From: Snodgrassella alvi
Lineage (GTDB): Bacteria > Pseudomonadota > Gammaproteobacteria > Burkholderiales > Neisseriaceae
Length of the DNA: 64,000 bases
Assembly (NCBI GenBank): GCA_946478525.1
Contig: CAMLCH010000006.1
Location: 22,210-86,209 of the forward strand
Reading direction: 5' to 3'
Positions within the stretch are counted from its first letter, which is position 1, and each line of letters begins with the position of its first letter. This document shows positions 20,967-31,031 of this stretch, one piece after another. A program made the position numbers and the translations under genes. The notes under the pieces were generated by a model. That model saw only the letters and a program-made list of their open reading frames with translations, had not been told where the DNA came from and made no database searches.

Positions 20967-21977
20967 TCAAAATGAATAGCTTGCCTGAATTTCTTCTTTA
21001 CCGGTTAGCTCAGAAATCAAACGATATAACGGATGTAATTGCTGATAGCGACGAGTCGTTTTCAGTAAATATTGTATAAAGCGGTTAATTTCTCCACGGT
21101 ATTTATCTTTACCATCACGATAATATAAGCGAGCAAATATACCTGCTACTTTTAAATGTCGCTGAACACCCATCATTTCAAATTCACGGTAGAAGCGATC
21201 GAATTCAGTACGCACTGGTAATCCTGCTGCTCTGGCTTTTTCCCAATAGCGGATAACCAGATCAAGCACAAATTCTTCCTCCCATTCAATAAAAGCATCT
21301 CGTAATAAGGATACCAGATCATAGGTTATCGGGCCGTATAACGCATCCTGAAAATCCAGAATCCCAGGACGATCTGATGTCAGCATAATATTGCGTACTA
21401 TATAATCACGATGAACATAAACCGATGGTTGATTGCTGATTTCAGCTAAAATCGTGGTAATGGATTGTTGCCATAACTGTTGCTGAGATGCGCTAAGCGT
21501 CTTGCCAAGTTCTTTGTTAACAAACCAGTCTGGAAAAAGTTGCATTTCACGATTAAAAACTATTTGATCATAAATCGGTAATGAATCTGATTGGCTACTT
21601 AGCTGTAGTTTGATCAGTTCATCAATGGCTTCAAGTAACAATAGTTTGTGTACTTCTGTTCGTTGATCTTGTTGTAATGCCGCCAGATAGGGAGTATTAC
21701 CAAAATCTTCCAGTGCCATAAAACCTTGTTTTTTATCGGTATGATAAATAGCAGGTACATTGACTGCCTGAAAAAGATGTTGAACCTTTACGTATGGTTC
21801 TATACTCATCTTATCCGGTGGTGCATCCATGCAGATGACACTGTTGCCATTTTCAAAAGTAGCTCGGAAATAGCGGCGAAAATCAGCATCTGCCGCAGCG
21901 AAATTGAGATCGAAAGACTGTTGTGGATAACATATACTCAGCCAATTTTTTAATGCAGTTTTACGTTGCATGGTCAT
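20967..21977 (-). CDS. Aminoglycoside-phosphotransferase-fold kinase, AmgK-like (anomeric MurNAc/GlcNAc kinase candidate)
   Basis: Brenner motif HRDYIVRNIM and the metal-binding LDFQDA motif. It is divergent from lptD, as amgK is in pseudomonads. No adjacent murU-like gene is present. Confidence 0.6.
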   Translation of the reverse strand: MTMQRKTALKNWLSICYPQQSFDLNFAAADADFRRYFRATFENGNSVICMDAPPDKMSIEPYVKVQHLFQAVNVPAIYHTDKKQGFMALEDFGNTPYLAALQQDQRTEVHKLLLLEAIDELIKLQLSSQSDSLPIYDQIVFNREMQLFPDWFVNKELGKTLSASQQQLWQQSITTILAEISNQPSVYVHRDYIVRNIMLTSDRPGILDFQDALYGPITYDLVSLLRDAFIEWEEEFVLDLVIRYWEKARAAGLPVRTEFDRFYREFEMMGVQRHLKVAGIFARLYYRDGKDKYRGEINRFIQYLLKTTRRYQQLHPLYRLISELTGKEEIQASYSF

Positions 21978-22063
21978 TTTCAGGTTAAAATAAGTGCTAT
22001 TTTAACTGGCAAAGCCACTTAGGTGATACATTGTCCCAATTATTTCCTCCGAAAACCTTGGTA

Positions 22064-24370
22064 ATGGCACTGACAACAGTCTTTTGTGCAATACCTGTCA
22101 TGACATTTGCTGCATCTCCCTTATCTATGGGAGGTGAAGCTGTCTGTACCGCGCCACAAAGACCCAAAAATTTTGTTAAATCTGTACAGCATAGTGGTGA
22201 GGCAAATCCTGGTACTGATATTACCCGTGTTGTTGCAGATAAAGTTACTGGTCAGTCGCAAACACGCGTGCGAGCTACAGGGAAGGTCATTATTGAACGT
22301 AATAATGTGACGCTGAACTCTGACTGGGCTGACTATGATCAGCACACAGAAATTGTCAAAGCTGGCGATAATTATATTCTGGATAATGGACAGGGACGGA
22401 TCAGTGGTCGGCGGGTTACTTATGACATGAAACAAAGTACCGGTGTAGGTGATGCAGGTCGTTTTGAAATGGAAAAAGATAACCGTCGTCTGCAAGGAGT
22501 AGGTGATGAAGTACAGATGGGCGGGAAGAATCGCTACCGTCTACAAAGTGCCAAATTTAATACCTGTAATCCGGGAGATGATAGCTGGTATATCCGCTCT
22601 GACAGTATTGATCTAGATTATGATCAAAATGTTGGCGTCGCACGCAATGCAACCTTAATATTTGGTGGTGTGCCGCTATTTTACACACCATGGATTGATT
22701 TTCCTTTGAATGGAAACCGCAAAAGTGGCTTTTTAGTACCTACTATCAAAGGTGGATCAGATGGAATGGAATTAGTAGTCCCCTATTATCTGAATCTGGC
22801 ACCTAATTATGACGCAACCATTCGTCCTCATTTAATCAGTAGTCGTGGATTACAAATCGGTGGCGATTTCCGATATCTGCAACCGACTTATTCTGGACAG
22901 ATAAGTGCAGAATGGCTGCCAAGTGATCAGAAGAGTGAGCACAAAAATCGTGCCAAAATAGATTTTTCTCATAATCAATATCTGGCTGAAGGATTAAGTG
23001 CCGGTGTGGATTATCATCAGGTATCTGATGATGATTATCAGCGTGATTTCTGGCACGGGGATAAAGGCAGTGAAAATCTGAATCGACAGGCATGGTTAAA
23101 TTATCGCCATAATAATTTATGGGGTGGTACTCTTGACAGTAGATTAATGATACAGAAATACCAAACATTGGCTTCTGAATATGGTTACAGGGATCAGCCC
23201 TATTCAAGAATGCCAAAATTATCAGCCAGCTGGAATCGCTACTTTGGTAAGCATTATGCTTTCCGTGTTTATGCCGAAGCTACCCGTTTTGAAGACAGAA
23301 AAATTAGTCACAAAGATTTTGAGTATAAATTTCCAGATGGTACACGTTTAGTATTATTACCGACTTTCAATGCAGATTATTCCAATGTCTGGGGCTATAT
23401 CCGACCCAAGCTAAGTCTGCATGCCAGTCATTATGAAATGGAAGAAAAAAATAATCGCAACCAACTAAGAAGCATGGATCGAGTTTTACCTATAGTAAGT
23501 GTTGATTCAGGTATGACTTTTGAACGTTTATGGCAAAATAAGAAAAGTAGTAACGGTTTTATCCAGACACTTGAACCTCGGTTGTTTTATACCTATATTC
23601 CGCGTCGTAATCAGGAAAATTTGCCCTTATTTGATACGGCTGAAAACAGTTTTACATATGAACAACTTTTCCGCGAAAATCGCTACTCTGGTCAGGATCG
23701 TGTTAATAATGCCAATTTTCTTACTACGGCTTTACAGACACGTTTATATGATAAAACAACTGGTGTTGAGCGTTTGGCAGCTGGAATTGGTCAGCGATTT
23801 TATTTTAGTCATGATGAAGTCAAGCTGGATGAATATGCACCTAAGAATAAAGAACGAAAACGTTCTGATATAGTTGCATTCGGACGTGCTTCTTTAAGTC
23901 ATCATATTAGTGCTGAAAGTAATTGGCATTACAATCAGGATTTAAAAACTTCTGAAAGCTATAATTTAGGCATCCGTTATACGCCTCAGGCAGGTAAATC
24001 TGTTAGTATGCGTTATAAATATGGTCGTTATGAAAACCTATATGATGATGTATATGGTAAAACACGTTCCATAGATATTGGTTTGCAGTGGCCGTTGTCA
24101 CGAAACTATTATTTAGTTGCACGTGAAAATTATGATTTTAAAAATAGCGTTGCCCTCAATCAGACGGTGGGTTTTCAATATCAGAGTCCGTGTAACTGCT
24201 GGAGTGCCGGTCTTGTTGGCACCCGTTATACTGATGGATACCAAAAACGCAAAACTGCAGTATTATTTCAATTACAATTACGTGATCTGACTAGTGTTGG
24301 TAATGGTCCACTAGGACAGCTAAGTACTCAAATTCCTGGTTACAGCAATTCATATGAGGTTAAACATTGA
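22064..24370 (+). CDS. lptD: LPS assembly outer-membrane protein LptD
   Basis: Signal peptide (MALTTVFCAIPVMTFAAS), a large beta-barrel with aromatic-rich strands, and the lptD-surA-pdxA synteny. The ORF opens at TTG 22031. Confidence 0.9.
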   Translation: MALTTVFCAIPVMTFAASPLSMGGEAVCTAPQRPKNFVKSVQHSGEANPGTDITRVVADKVTGQSQTRVRATGKVIIERNNVTLNSDWADYDQHTEIVKAGDNYILDNGQGRISGRRVTYDMKQSTGVGDAGRFEMEKDNRRLQGVGDEVQMGGKNRYRLQSAKFNTCNPGDDSWYIRSDSIDLDYDQNVGVARNATLIFGGVPLFYTPWIDFPLNGNRKSGFLVPTIKGGSDGMELVVPYYLNLAPNYDATIRPHLISSRGLQIGGDFRYLQPTYSGQISAEWLPSDQKSEHKNRAKIDFSHNQYLAEGLSAGVDYHQVSDDDYQRDFWHGDKGSENLNRQAWLNYRHNNLWGGTLDSRLMIQKYQTLASEYGYRDQPYSRMPKLSASWNRYFGKHYAFRVYAEATRFEDRKISHKDFEYKFPDGTRLVLLPTFNADYSNVWGYIRPKLSLHASHYEMEEKNNRNQLRSMDRVLPIVSVDSGMTFERLWQNKKSSNGFIQTLEPRLFYTYIPRRNQENLPLFDTAENSFTYEQLFRENRYSGQDRVNNANFLTTALQTRLYDKTTGVERLAAGIGQRFYFSHDEVKLDEYAPKNKERKRSDIVAFGRASLSHHISAESNWHYNQDLKTSESYNLGIRYTPQAGKSVSMRYKYGRYENLYDDVYGKTRSIDIGLQWPLSRNYYLVARENYDFKNSVALNQTVGFQYQSPCNCWSAGLVGTRYTDGYQKRKTAVLFQLQLRDLTSVGNGPLGQLSTQIPGYSNSYEVKH

Positions 24371-25332
24371 TGAAGAAGATCTACGGTTTTCTGCTTACAA
24401 CGGTAGTAACATTAACTGTCCACTCTGCCATAGCGGCAGAGATTAAAGCAAATGATAATATTGTTGCTATTGTTAATGATGATGTCATTACTAAGCAGGA
24501 ATTAGATGTGATGGTTAAACAGCTACGCATGCAAATACCTAAGGGTAAACAAATTGATACTAATACATTGCAACAACAAGCATTAACTCATTTGATTAAT
24601 AAGGATCTTTTGATTCAGGCAGCAAAACGTGCCAATATTCAGATTAGCAAAGAAGATGTTAACGAAGCTATTCAAAATTTTGCTGCGCAACGTCATATGT
24701 CTGTTAAAGAATTAATACATAAAATTGCCAAAGAAGGCATAAGTGAGAGCCAGTTGCGTCAAACCATGACCGAAAATCTAATGGTGCAGAGACTTGAACA
24801 AAGTGAAGTAATGGCGAAAAGTCAGGTTACGGATGCGGAAATAGATAGTGCTATTGCTCGTGCCCAACAAGAGGGACGGCAACTACCACCGCCACTGACC
24901 GCTTATAGTTACCACGTCCAACATATCCTGATTAAAAATGATAATGCTGTTTCCCGCAAATTGATTAATCAGATAGCACATCAAGCTCGCTCTGGTGCTT
25001 CATTTGAGCAATTAGCTCGGCAATATTCTCAAGATGGCAGTGCTGAAAATGGAGGTGACCTGGGCTGGTTAGTTGATGGCGAAACGGTACCACAATTTGA
25101 AGCTACATTTAAAGCTTTGCAGCCGGGTCAAATTTCTCAGCCTGTGCGAACGCAGTTTGGCTGGCATATTATTCGATTAGAAGATGTTAAAAGCGATGAT
25201 AGCCCACAACAGCGAATTCGCAACGGAATGCGTGCGGTGTTGGTGCAGGAAAAACGCGATATTTTGCATCAAAATTTACTTAAACAATTACAAAATCAAT
25301 CCTATATTGATATCAAATCTTTAAAAAACTAA
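24370..25332 (+). CDS. surA: Periplasmic chaperone / peptidyl-prolyl isomerase SurA (single parvulin domain)
   Basis: Signal peptide, a SurA N-terminal domain, and one parvulin domain (GGDLGW ... FGWHIIRLEDV). Its start overlaps the lptD stop (TGATG). Confidence 0.85.
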   Translation: MKKIYGFLLTTVVTLTVHSAIAAEIKANDNIVAIVNDDVITKQELDVMVKQLRMQIPKGKQIDTNTLQQQALTHLINKDLLIQAAKRANIQISKEDVNEAIQNFAAQRHMSVKELIHKIAKEGISESQLRQTMTENLMVQRLEQSEVMAKSQVTDAEIDSAIARAQQEGRQLPPPLTAYSYHVQHILIKNDNAVSRKLINQIAHQARSGASFEQLARQYSQDGSAENGGDLGWLVDGETVPQFEATFKALQPGQISQPVRTQFGWHIIRLEDVKSDDSPQQRIRNGMRAVLVQEKRDILHQNLLKQLQNQSYIDIKSLKN

Positions 25333-25399
25333 ATTGGACTAAAGATACATTTTATAAATAAGCATTTTATTGGTTGCTTTTTAATTTTATTACTTTTTT

Positions 25400-26395
25400 A
25401 TGAATCATCAACCCGTAATTGCAGTTACTAGTGGCGAACCGGCAGGTATAGGTCCAGACATCTGTCTGGACCTAGCTAATCCAAACGTAACTACACGAAT
25501 TGTTGTGCTGGGTGATTTAGATCTGTTACAGCAACGTGCGCAGATGGTGAAAAAAAAGGTTAAATTTCAATTATATCAACCTGAAAATAAACCTTTGCCT
25601 GATGTCCTGGAAGTTATTCATATTCCAGTTAAGTCAACAGTAACAGCAGGTGTTCTGGATGTTAAAAATGCTTCTTATGTCCTTGATATACTGAATAGAG
25701 CTTATGAAGGTATTCAAATAGGTGAGTTTGCTGCAATAGTTACCGCGCCAGTCCATAAAGGTGTCATTAATGAAAGCGGAGTTTCTTTTACTGGTCACAC
25801 TGAATATCTTGCAGAAAAAAGCCATACCAAACAAGTAGTCATGATGCTAGCAGGGGGTGGATTACGTATTGCTCTGGCAACAACTCACCTGCCATTACGC
25901 GCTGTGGCTGATGCTATTACTAAGCCATTATTAATACAAGTTTTAACAACTCTGTATCAGGAATTGCAACAGAAATTTGGTTTGCATCAGCCGAGAATCT
26001 TAGTGGCTGGTCTTAACCCACATGCTGGTGAAGGTGGCCATCTTGGGCATGAAGAAAATCAAATTATCATTCCTGTAATCCAGCAATTACAGCAACAAGG
26101 TCTGCATATTACCGGTCCTGTGCCTGCGGATACTTTATTTCAGCCTTTTATGGTGCAAAAAGCAGATGCCATATTAGCTATGTATCATGATCAAGGGCTG
26201 CCGGTTTTGAAGTACGCTGGCTTTGGTGAGAGTGTAAATATCACACTGGGTTTACCATTTATTCGTACCTCAGTTGATCATGGCACCGCATTAGAACTGG
26301 CTGGTACGAAAAAAGCAAAATCGTCAAGTTTATTAGCTGCAGTTGATGCTGCAGTTAATATATGTAAGCAACAAAAAAATATTCCCGTTTGCTAA
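25400..26395 (+). CDS. pdxA: 4-hydroxythreonine-4-phosphate dehydrogenase
   Basis: SGEPAGIGPD N-terminus plus the GLNPHAGEGG and TSVDHGTA motifs. Confidence 0.9.
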   Translation: MNHQPVIAVTSGEPAGIGPDICLDLANPNVTTRIVVLGDLDLLQQRAQMVKKKVKFQLYQPENKPLPDVLEVIHIPVKSTVTAGVLDVKNASYVLDILNRAYEGIQIGEFAAIVTAPVHKGVINESGVSFTGHTEYLAEKSHTKQVVMMLAGGGLRIALATTHLPLRAVADAITKPLLIQVLTTLYQELQQKFGLHQPRILVAGLNPHAGEGGHLGHEENQIIIPVIQQLQQQGLHITGPVPADTLFQPFMVQKADAILAMYHDQGLPVLKYAGFGESVNITLGLPFIRTSVDHGTALELAGTKKAKSSSLLAAVDAAVNICKQQKNIPVC

Positions 26396-26451
26396 ATATG
26401 CATATTGATCTTAAAATCTAAATACGACTATGCGGTATTAGAAAGTTAACG

Positions 26452-27252
26452 ATGGCTATGCCGTTTATTGAAATGAAAGATGTGGCATTTGCCTATGGCG
26501 ACCGCCCTATTCTTAAAAATATTAATTTCTGTCTGGAAGCAGGCAGTTTTACCGCTATTATGGGTAGTTCCGGTAGCGGTAAAACCACATTGTTACGATT
26601 AATAACCGGACAGATTACTGCGCAACAAGGACAAGTGCTGATTAATGGTCGTGATATTGCCACATTCAGTCGTGATGAATTATATCGGCACCGTCGTAAT
26701 ATGGGCGTGTTGTTTCAGTTTGGTGCTTTATTTACTGATTTATCAGTATTTGATAATGTTGCTTTTCCTATCCGTGAACATACCGATTTGCCAGAGCATA
26801 TGATTCATGATTTAGTGATCATGAAATTAAATGCAGTGGGTTTACGTGGCATTGAAAAATTAATGCCTGCTGAACTTTCTGGCGGTATGGCGAGACGGGT
26901 TGCTTTGGCTCGTACCATTGCATTGGATCCGGCATTATTGTTATACGACGAACCTTTTACTGGACTAGACCCGATTTCATTAGGAGTGATTGCCAGTCTG
27001 GTTAGTAAAGTCAATCATTCATTGCAGACAACCAGTGTGATGGTAACCCATGATATTCAACAATCTCTGGATATAGCAAGTCATGTTGTTTTTCTGGCGC
27101 ATGGTGAAATTATTTTTTCTGGTTCGCCACAAGAAATGCGTAAGCTTGATTCTCCCTGGGTAAACCAGTTTATTCATGGACAGGCTGACGGACCAGTAGC
27201 TTTTCGTTATCCGGCAACCACCACACTACAACAGGATTTAGATATCGCGTGA
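26452..27252 (+). CDS. mlaF: Phospholipid ABC transporter ATP-binding protein MlaF
   Basis: Walker A GSSGSGKTT, signature LSGGMARRVALAR, and Walker B LLLYDEP. It heads the mlaFEDCB-mlaA run. Confidence 0.85.
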   Translation: MAMPFIEMKDVAFAYGDRPILKNINFCLEAGSFTAIMGSSGSGKTTLLRLITGQITAQQGQVLINGRDIATFSRDELYRHRRNMGVLFQFGALFTDLSVFDNVAFPIREHTDLPEHMIHDLVIMKLNAVGLRGIEKLMPAELSGGMARRVALARTIALDPALLLYDEPFTGLDPISLGVIASLVSKVNHSLQTTSVMVTHDIQQSLDIASHVVFLAHGEIIFSGSPQEMRKLDSPWVNQFIHGQADGPVAFRYPATTTLQQDLDIA

Positions 27253-28028
27253 TGAAAGCAATTATGCAACTGGGTGCAAAAACCCTCAGTTTTGTTCAGC
27301 ATCTAGGGTGCGCAACTTTATTTCTGTTTGCCGCTTTACTGCGCAGTGGTACCGTTTTGCGTCGTCCACGTCTGATGATTCGGCAAATGTATTTTTCCGG
27401 CGTTTTGTCAATTATCATCATTGCTGTCTCCGGTCTTTTTGTGGGCATGGTGTTGGGTTTGCAAGCCTATACTCAGCTGGCAAAATTTAAGTCGGCTGAT
27501 ATTCTGGGTTATATGGTCGCAGCAGCTATGTTACGTGAGTTAGGCCCAGTACTGGCGGCAATATTGTTTGCCAGTAGTGCCGGTGGAGCCATGACCAGTG
27601 AAATTGGTCTGATGAAAACAACTGAACAGCTTGAAGCCATGAATGTTATGGCTATTGATCCGATAGCAAGAGTAGTCGCACCCCGTTTTTGGGCTGGCGT
27701 GATTTCTATGCCTTTACTTGCCTCTATATTTAATGTGGCAGGCGTGTATGGTGCCTACTTGATTGGCGTTAAGTATTTTGGTATGGATAACGGAGTTTTC
27801 TGGGGACAAATGCAGAGCAATCTGAATATTCATTATGACGTCGTGAATGGCTTGATTAAATCTTTGGTATTTGGCGTAGTTGTTAGCCTGATAGCCGTTT
27901 ATCAAGGTTTTTACGCTAAGCCCACTTCAGAAGGCATCCTGCGAGCTAATACACGAACAGTTGTGTCCAGCTCTCTTACCATACTGGCAGTGGATTTTAT
28001 GCTAACCGCACTGATGTTTACCAATTAA
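27252..28028 (+). CDS. mlaE: Phospholipid ABC transporter permease MlaE
   Basis: Polytopic permease with the LRELGPVLAA motif. It is translationally coupled to mlaF. Confidence 0.85.
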   Translation: MKAIMQLGAKTLSFVQHLGCATLFLFAALLRSGTVLRRPRLMIRQMYFSGVLSIIIIAVSGLFVGMVLGLQAYTQLAKFKSADILGYMVAAAMLRELGPVLAAILFASSAGGAMTSEIGLMKTTEQLEAMNVMAIDPIARVVAPRFWAGVISMPLLASIFNVAGVYGAYLIGVKYFGMDNGVFWGQMQSNLNIHYDVVNGLIKSLVFGVVVSLIAVYQGFYAKPTSEGILRANTRTVVSSSLTILAVDFMLTALMFTN

Positions 28029-28051
28029 GATATTGATCAACAGGTAATAAT

Positions 28052-28561
28052 ATGAAAAAAAATAGTCTGGAAATGCTGGTTGGCCTATTTGTATTAATAG
28101 GTATAGTGGCAATTCTATTTTTATCCTTTCGTGTGGCGGGAGGTAATGGTCTTGGTTCTTCTCAACCAACCTATACTTTGTCAGCTTCATTTAGTGATAT
28201 AGGTGGCTTAAAAGCTCAGGCTCCGGTTAAAGCTGCCGGCGTAGTGGTCGGTCGAGTGGATAGTATAGTTCTGGATCCCAAAACTTATTGGGCTAAAGTG
28301 ACTTTAAAAATTGATAAACAATACCAATTTAGCAGTGATACCTCTGCTCAGATTCTTACCTCAGGACTATTGGGAGATCAATATATCGGACTACAGCAGG
28401 GTGGTGACTCTGATAATCTCGCTAACGGCGATACCATCAGTATCACCAGTTCTGCGTTGGTTCTGGAACAACTGATTGGAAAATTTATGACCAGTTTTGC
28501 TGAGGGTAATGCGAAAAGCAGCGATAAATCCAATAGTGGGACTGCTTCGGCTACTAATTAA
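28052..28561 (+). CDS. mlaD: MCE-domain protein MlaD
   Basis: N-terminal anchor followed by an MCE domain (GGLKAQAPVKAAGVVVGRV). Confidence 0.85.
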   Translation: MKKNSLEMLVGLFVLIGIVAILFLSFRVAGGNGLGSSQPTYTLSASFSDIGGLKAQAPVKAAGVVVGRVDSIVLDPKTYWAKVTLKIDKQYQFSSDTSAQILTSGLLGDQYIGLQQGGDSDNLANGDTISITSSALVLEQLIGKFMTSFAEGNAKSSDKSNSGTASATN

Positions 28562-28613
28562 ATTTTTATCTGAAAAATGACAGAAAATTGAAAATAATTT
28601 AAAGGATAATACG

Positions 28614-29216
28614 ATGAATTTTAATAAATCTGCTTTATTAGCTTCTCTAAGTATTAGTGTGATGAGTATTAGCCTTGCTTTTGCTTCTCCGCAGCAAGCC
28701 GTTACTCAGCTTAAAGGAAATGCCACTCAAGTACTTAAAATTTTAAGCAGTGCTAACGGAAAAAATGATAATCAGGTGCGTCAGCAAGCTGAGAATTACG
28801 CTATTCCATACTTCGATTTTACCCGTATGACCGCGCTGGCAGTTGGTGCGCCGTGGCGTACAGCTACACCAACTCAACAACAAGCCTTGGTGGCAGAATT
28901 CAAAACATTATTAATTCGTACCTATTCCGGTACTATGTTGAAATTCAAAAATGCCAAGGCAAATGTTTATGACAATCCTGTGGTATCCAAAAATGGTCGT
29001 GAAGTGATCATCCGGGTAGATGTTACTGCACCAAACAGTAAACCAGTACGTATGGATTATTCAACCTATCAATCCGGTAATACCTATCGCATTTTCAACG
29101 TAGCGGTGGAAGGTGCTAGTTTAGTAACTGTTTATCGCAATCAGTTCAACCAAACCATTAATCAAAAAGGTATTGATGGATTAATTGCCGATTTACACGC
29201 AAAAAACGGTAAATAA
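28614..29216 (+). CDS. mlaC: Periplasmic phospholipid-binding protein MlaC (Tgt2/MlaC family)
   Basis: Signal peptide, a size of about 200 aa, and its position after mlaD. Confidence 0.8.
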   Translation: MNFNKSALLASLSISVMSISLAFASPQQAVTQLKGNATQVLKILSSANGKNDNQVRQQAENYAIPYFDFTRMTALAVGAPWRTATPTQQQALVAEFKTLLIRTYSGTMLKFKNAKANVYDNPVVSKNGREVIIRVDVTAPNSKPVRMDYSTYQSGNTYRIFNVAVEGASLVTVYRNQFNQTINQKGIDGLIADLHAKNGK

Positions 29217-29218
29217 AT

Positions 29219-29503
29219 ATGCACACCGACCTACAGGGCAGCACGATCAAATTTTATGACACAGTAACGATGAATACCGTGCATGAACATGATTACCAGC
29301 GGTTTTGTAATTACTTTAAAACCGGTAATATTAGCTCTATTGATCTCAGCGAAGTTACTGAAGCTGACTCTGTTTGTGTGGCTTTATTGGTGGCAGCAAA
29401 ACGACTGGCACATCAGCACCAATTTGACTTAAACATCACCAGTGTTCCGGCTGGACTGATCACGTTGATGACACTGTATGGTGTAGAGGAATCCCTGCAA
29501 TGA
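29219..29503 (+). CDS. mlaB: STAS-domain protein MlaB
   Basis: About 94 aa, with a STAS-like pattern (DLSEVTEADSVCVALLV), located between mlaC and mlaA. Confidence 0.65.
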   Translation: MHTDLQGSTIKFYDTVTMNTVHEHDYQRFCNYFKTGNISSIDLSEVTEADSVCVALLVAAKRLAHQHQFDLNITSVPAGLITLMTLYGVEESLQ

Positions 29504-30393
29504 GTAGAACAAAGCTGATAATTGTTAGTTTGTTATTGTCTTTCAGTACTTTTAGCTGGGCAGAGCAAACCTATCGTGATCCTTATGAAAGTTATAACCG
29601 TTTTATGTTTAACGTGAATGACCGTTTGGATCATTACATCATGACACCCGTGGCTCGAGGCTATCGCAAAATAACTCCGTCACCTGTTCGTACTGGTGTG
29701 AATAACTTTTTTAATAACTTACGTGATGTTGTCAGCTTTGGTAGTAACTTGTTACGTCTGGATATTGAAAAAGCCAGTATTGATCTTGTGCGTGTCGGTA
29801 TTAATACGACCTTTGGTTTAGGCGGGTTAATCAATTTTGCTGATGCTGGGCAAATTCCGAATAATAAGAATACATTAGGTGATACTTTTGCATCATGGGG
29901 CTGGAAAAACAGTAATTATTTTGTCTATCCATTCTTTGGCCCGTCTACAGTTCGTGATTCACTTGGAAGCAGCGTTAGTTATGTTTTCCCGGTGCAGAAT
30001 GCAATTTTTAAAGATTCTGCTGTCCGCTGGAGTGTGACTGGTCTTAATGGAGTGGCAACCAGAGAATCATTACTGGATGTAACCGATAGTCTGGACGAAG
30101 CAGCATTAGATCGGTATTCGTATACTCGTGACATATACATGAAACTGCGCAATAAACAGGTAGGTGGATCCTTGTTCACAGCAGATAATGAAGAGGATGT
30201 TGATATAGATAGTCTCGTGCCTGCTGACAATAATTCTGATAGTGTACAAAAATCGAAACGTGCTTATACTTCGTCTGTACACAAAGGTAAACCGAAATCT
30301 AATAAGAAAAAATCTATTTCTAAAGTGGATGACGACAATACCTCTTTATCTGATATGCCAGATTCAGACGCAGTTACCAACTCAGCGGATTAG
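29500..30393 (+). CDS. mlaA: MlaA/VacJ family outer-membrane lipid-asymmetry protein
   Basis: VacJ core (DPYESYNRFMFNVNDRLD ... GLGGLINFA ... FGPSTVRD) with an ATGA overlap with mlaB. It has no lipobox Cys and carries a long low-complexity tail. Confidence 0.85.
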   Translation: MSRTKLIIVSLLLSFSTFSWAEQTYRDPYESYNRFMFNVNDRLDHYIMTPVARGYRKITPSPVRTGVNNFFNNLRDVVSFGSNLLRLDIEKASIDLVRVGINTTFGLGGLINFADAGQIPNNKNTLGDTFASWGWKNSNYFVYPFFGPSTVRDSLGSSVSYVFPVQNAIFKDSAVRWSVTGLNGVATRESLLDVTDSLDEAALDRYSYTRDIYMKLRNKQVGGSLFTADNEEDVDIDSLVPADNNSDSVQKSKRAYTSSVHKGKPKSNKKKSISKVDDDNTSLSDMPDSDAVTNSAD

Positions 30394-30463
30394 TGTGGTA
30401 TAAAATTCAGGAACAGCTGAAAACAGGCAATAATTCATTAGCTTGCAGAACAGGAACAGTGCC

Positions 30464-30826
30464 ATGTATGAAGTTAATCGTAGTGTATTTTTACTGATTC
30501 CGTTAGAACCTTTCTGGGCATGGTTGGAAGATTTACCTGATATTAATCTGGATAATCTAACTTTAGACATGCTGCAGCAGGATGCAAATGCCTATCTGAT
30601 TCCCAGTTGTGAGGATAGCGATGAATTATGGGCGGAAATTGAGGGTCGCTATCTGGACATTTTCTCTGCGGAACTGGCTGACTGGTGTGAAAATGAAAAT
30701 CTGTGGCCACAATTGACTTTAAACAGATTTAAATCTTGGTTTAAAGTTAAATTCTCCATGATAGTTACTGATTTAACTGCAGAAGAATTAGTGCGAGAAG
30801 AGTTTGTACCGTTTGAATTAAATTAA
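30464..30826 (+). CDS. Acidic hypothetical protein of about 120 aa
   Basis: ORF with a plausible ATG at 30464, followed by a strong terminator. I recognise no motif. Confidence 0.5.
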   Translation: MYEVNRSVFLLIPLEPFWAWLEDLPDINLDNLTLDMLQQDANAYLIPSCEDSDELWAEIEGRYLDIFSAELADWCENENLWPQLTLNRFKSWFKVKFSMIVTDLTAEELVREEFVPFELN

Positions 30827-30840
30827 TTTTTTTTTCAGTA

Positions 30841-30870
30841 AAGCCTATGTAAATCACATAGGCTTTTTCC
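30841..30870 (+). terminator. Rho-independent terminator
   Basis: 10-bp stem aagcctatgt / acataggctt with a 5-nt loop and a T run. Confidence 0.7.
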
Positions 30871-31031
30871 GTCAATTCTTTACTGTGTTAAAATATGTTG
30901 ATAAATATATCAGATTCGGCATTGGTTATATTAATTCAGAGATGATTAATACAGACAAAATATAACCAAATCTAACTGAATCCGAAATATAGGTCATAAT
31001 TATTTAGTGTTATCTGCGTGAAATAAATCAT

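Noticed and set aside
22121-23216. Two antisense ORFs (124 and 126 aa) within lptD
   Set aside because: Both are embedded opposite the lptD coding sequence with no independent signals. They are treated as frame shadows.
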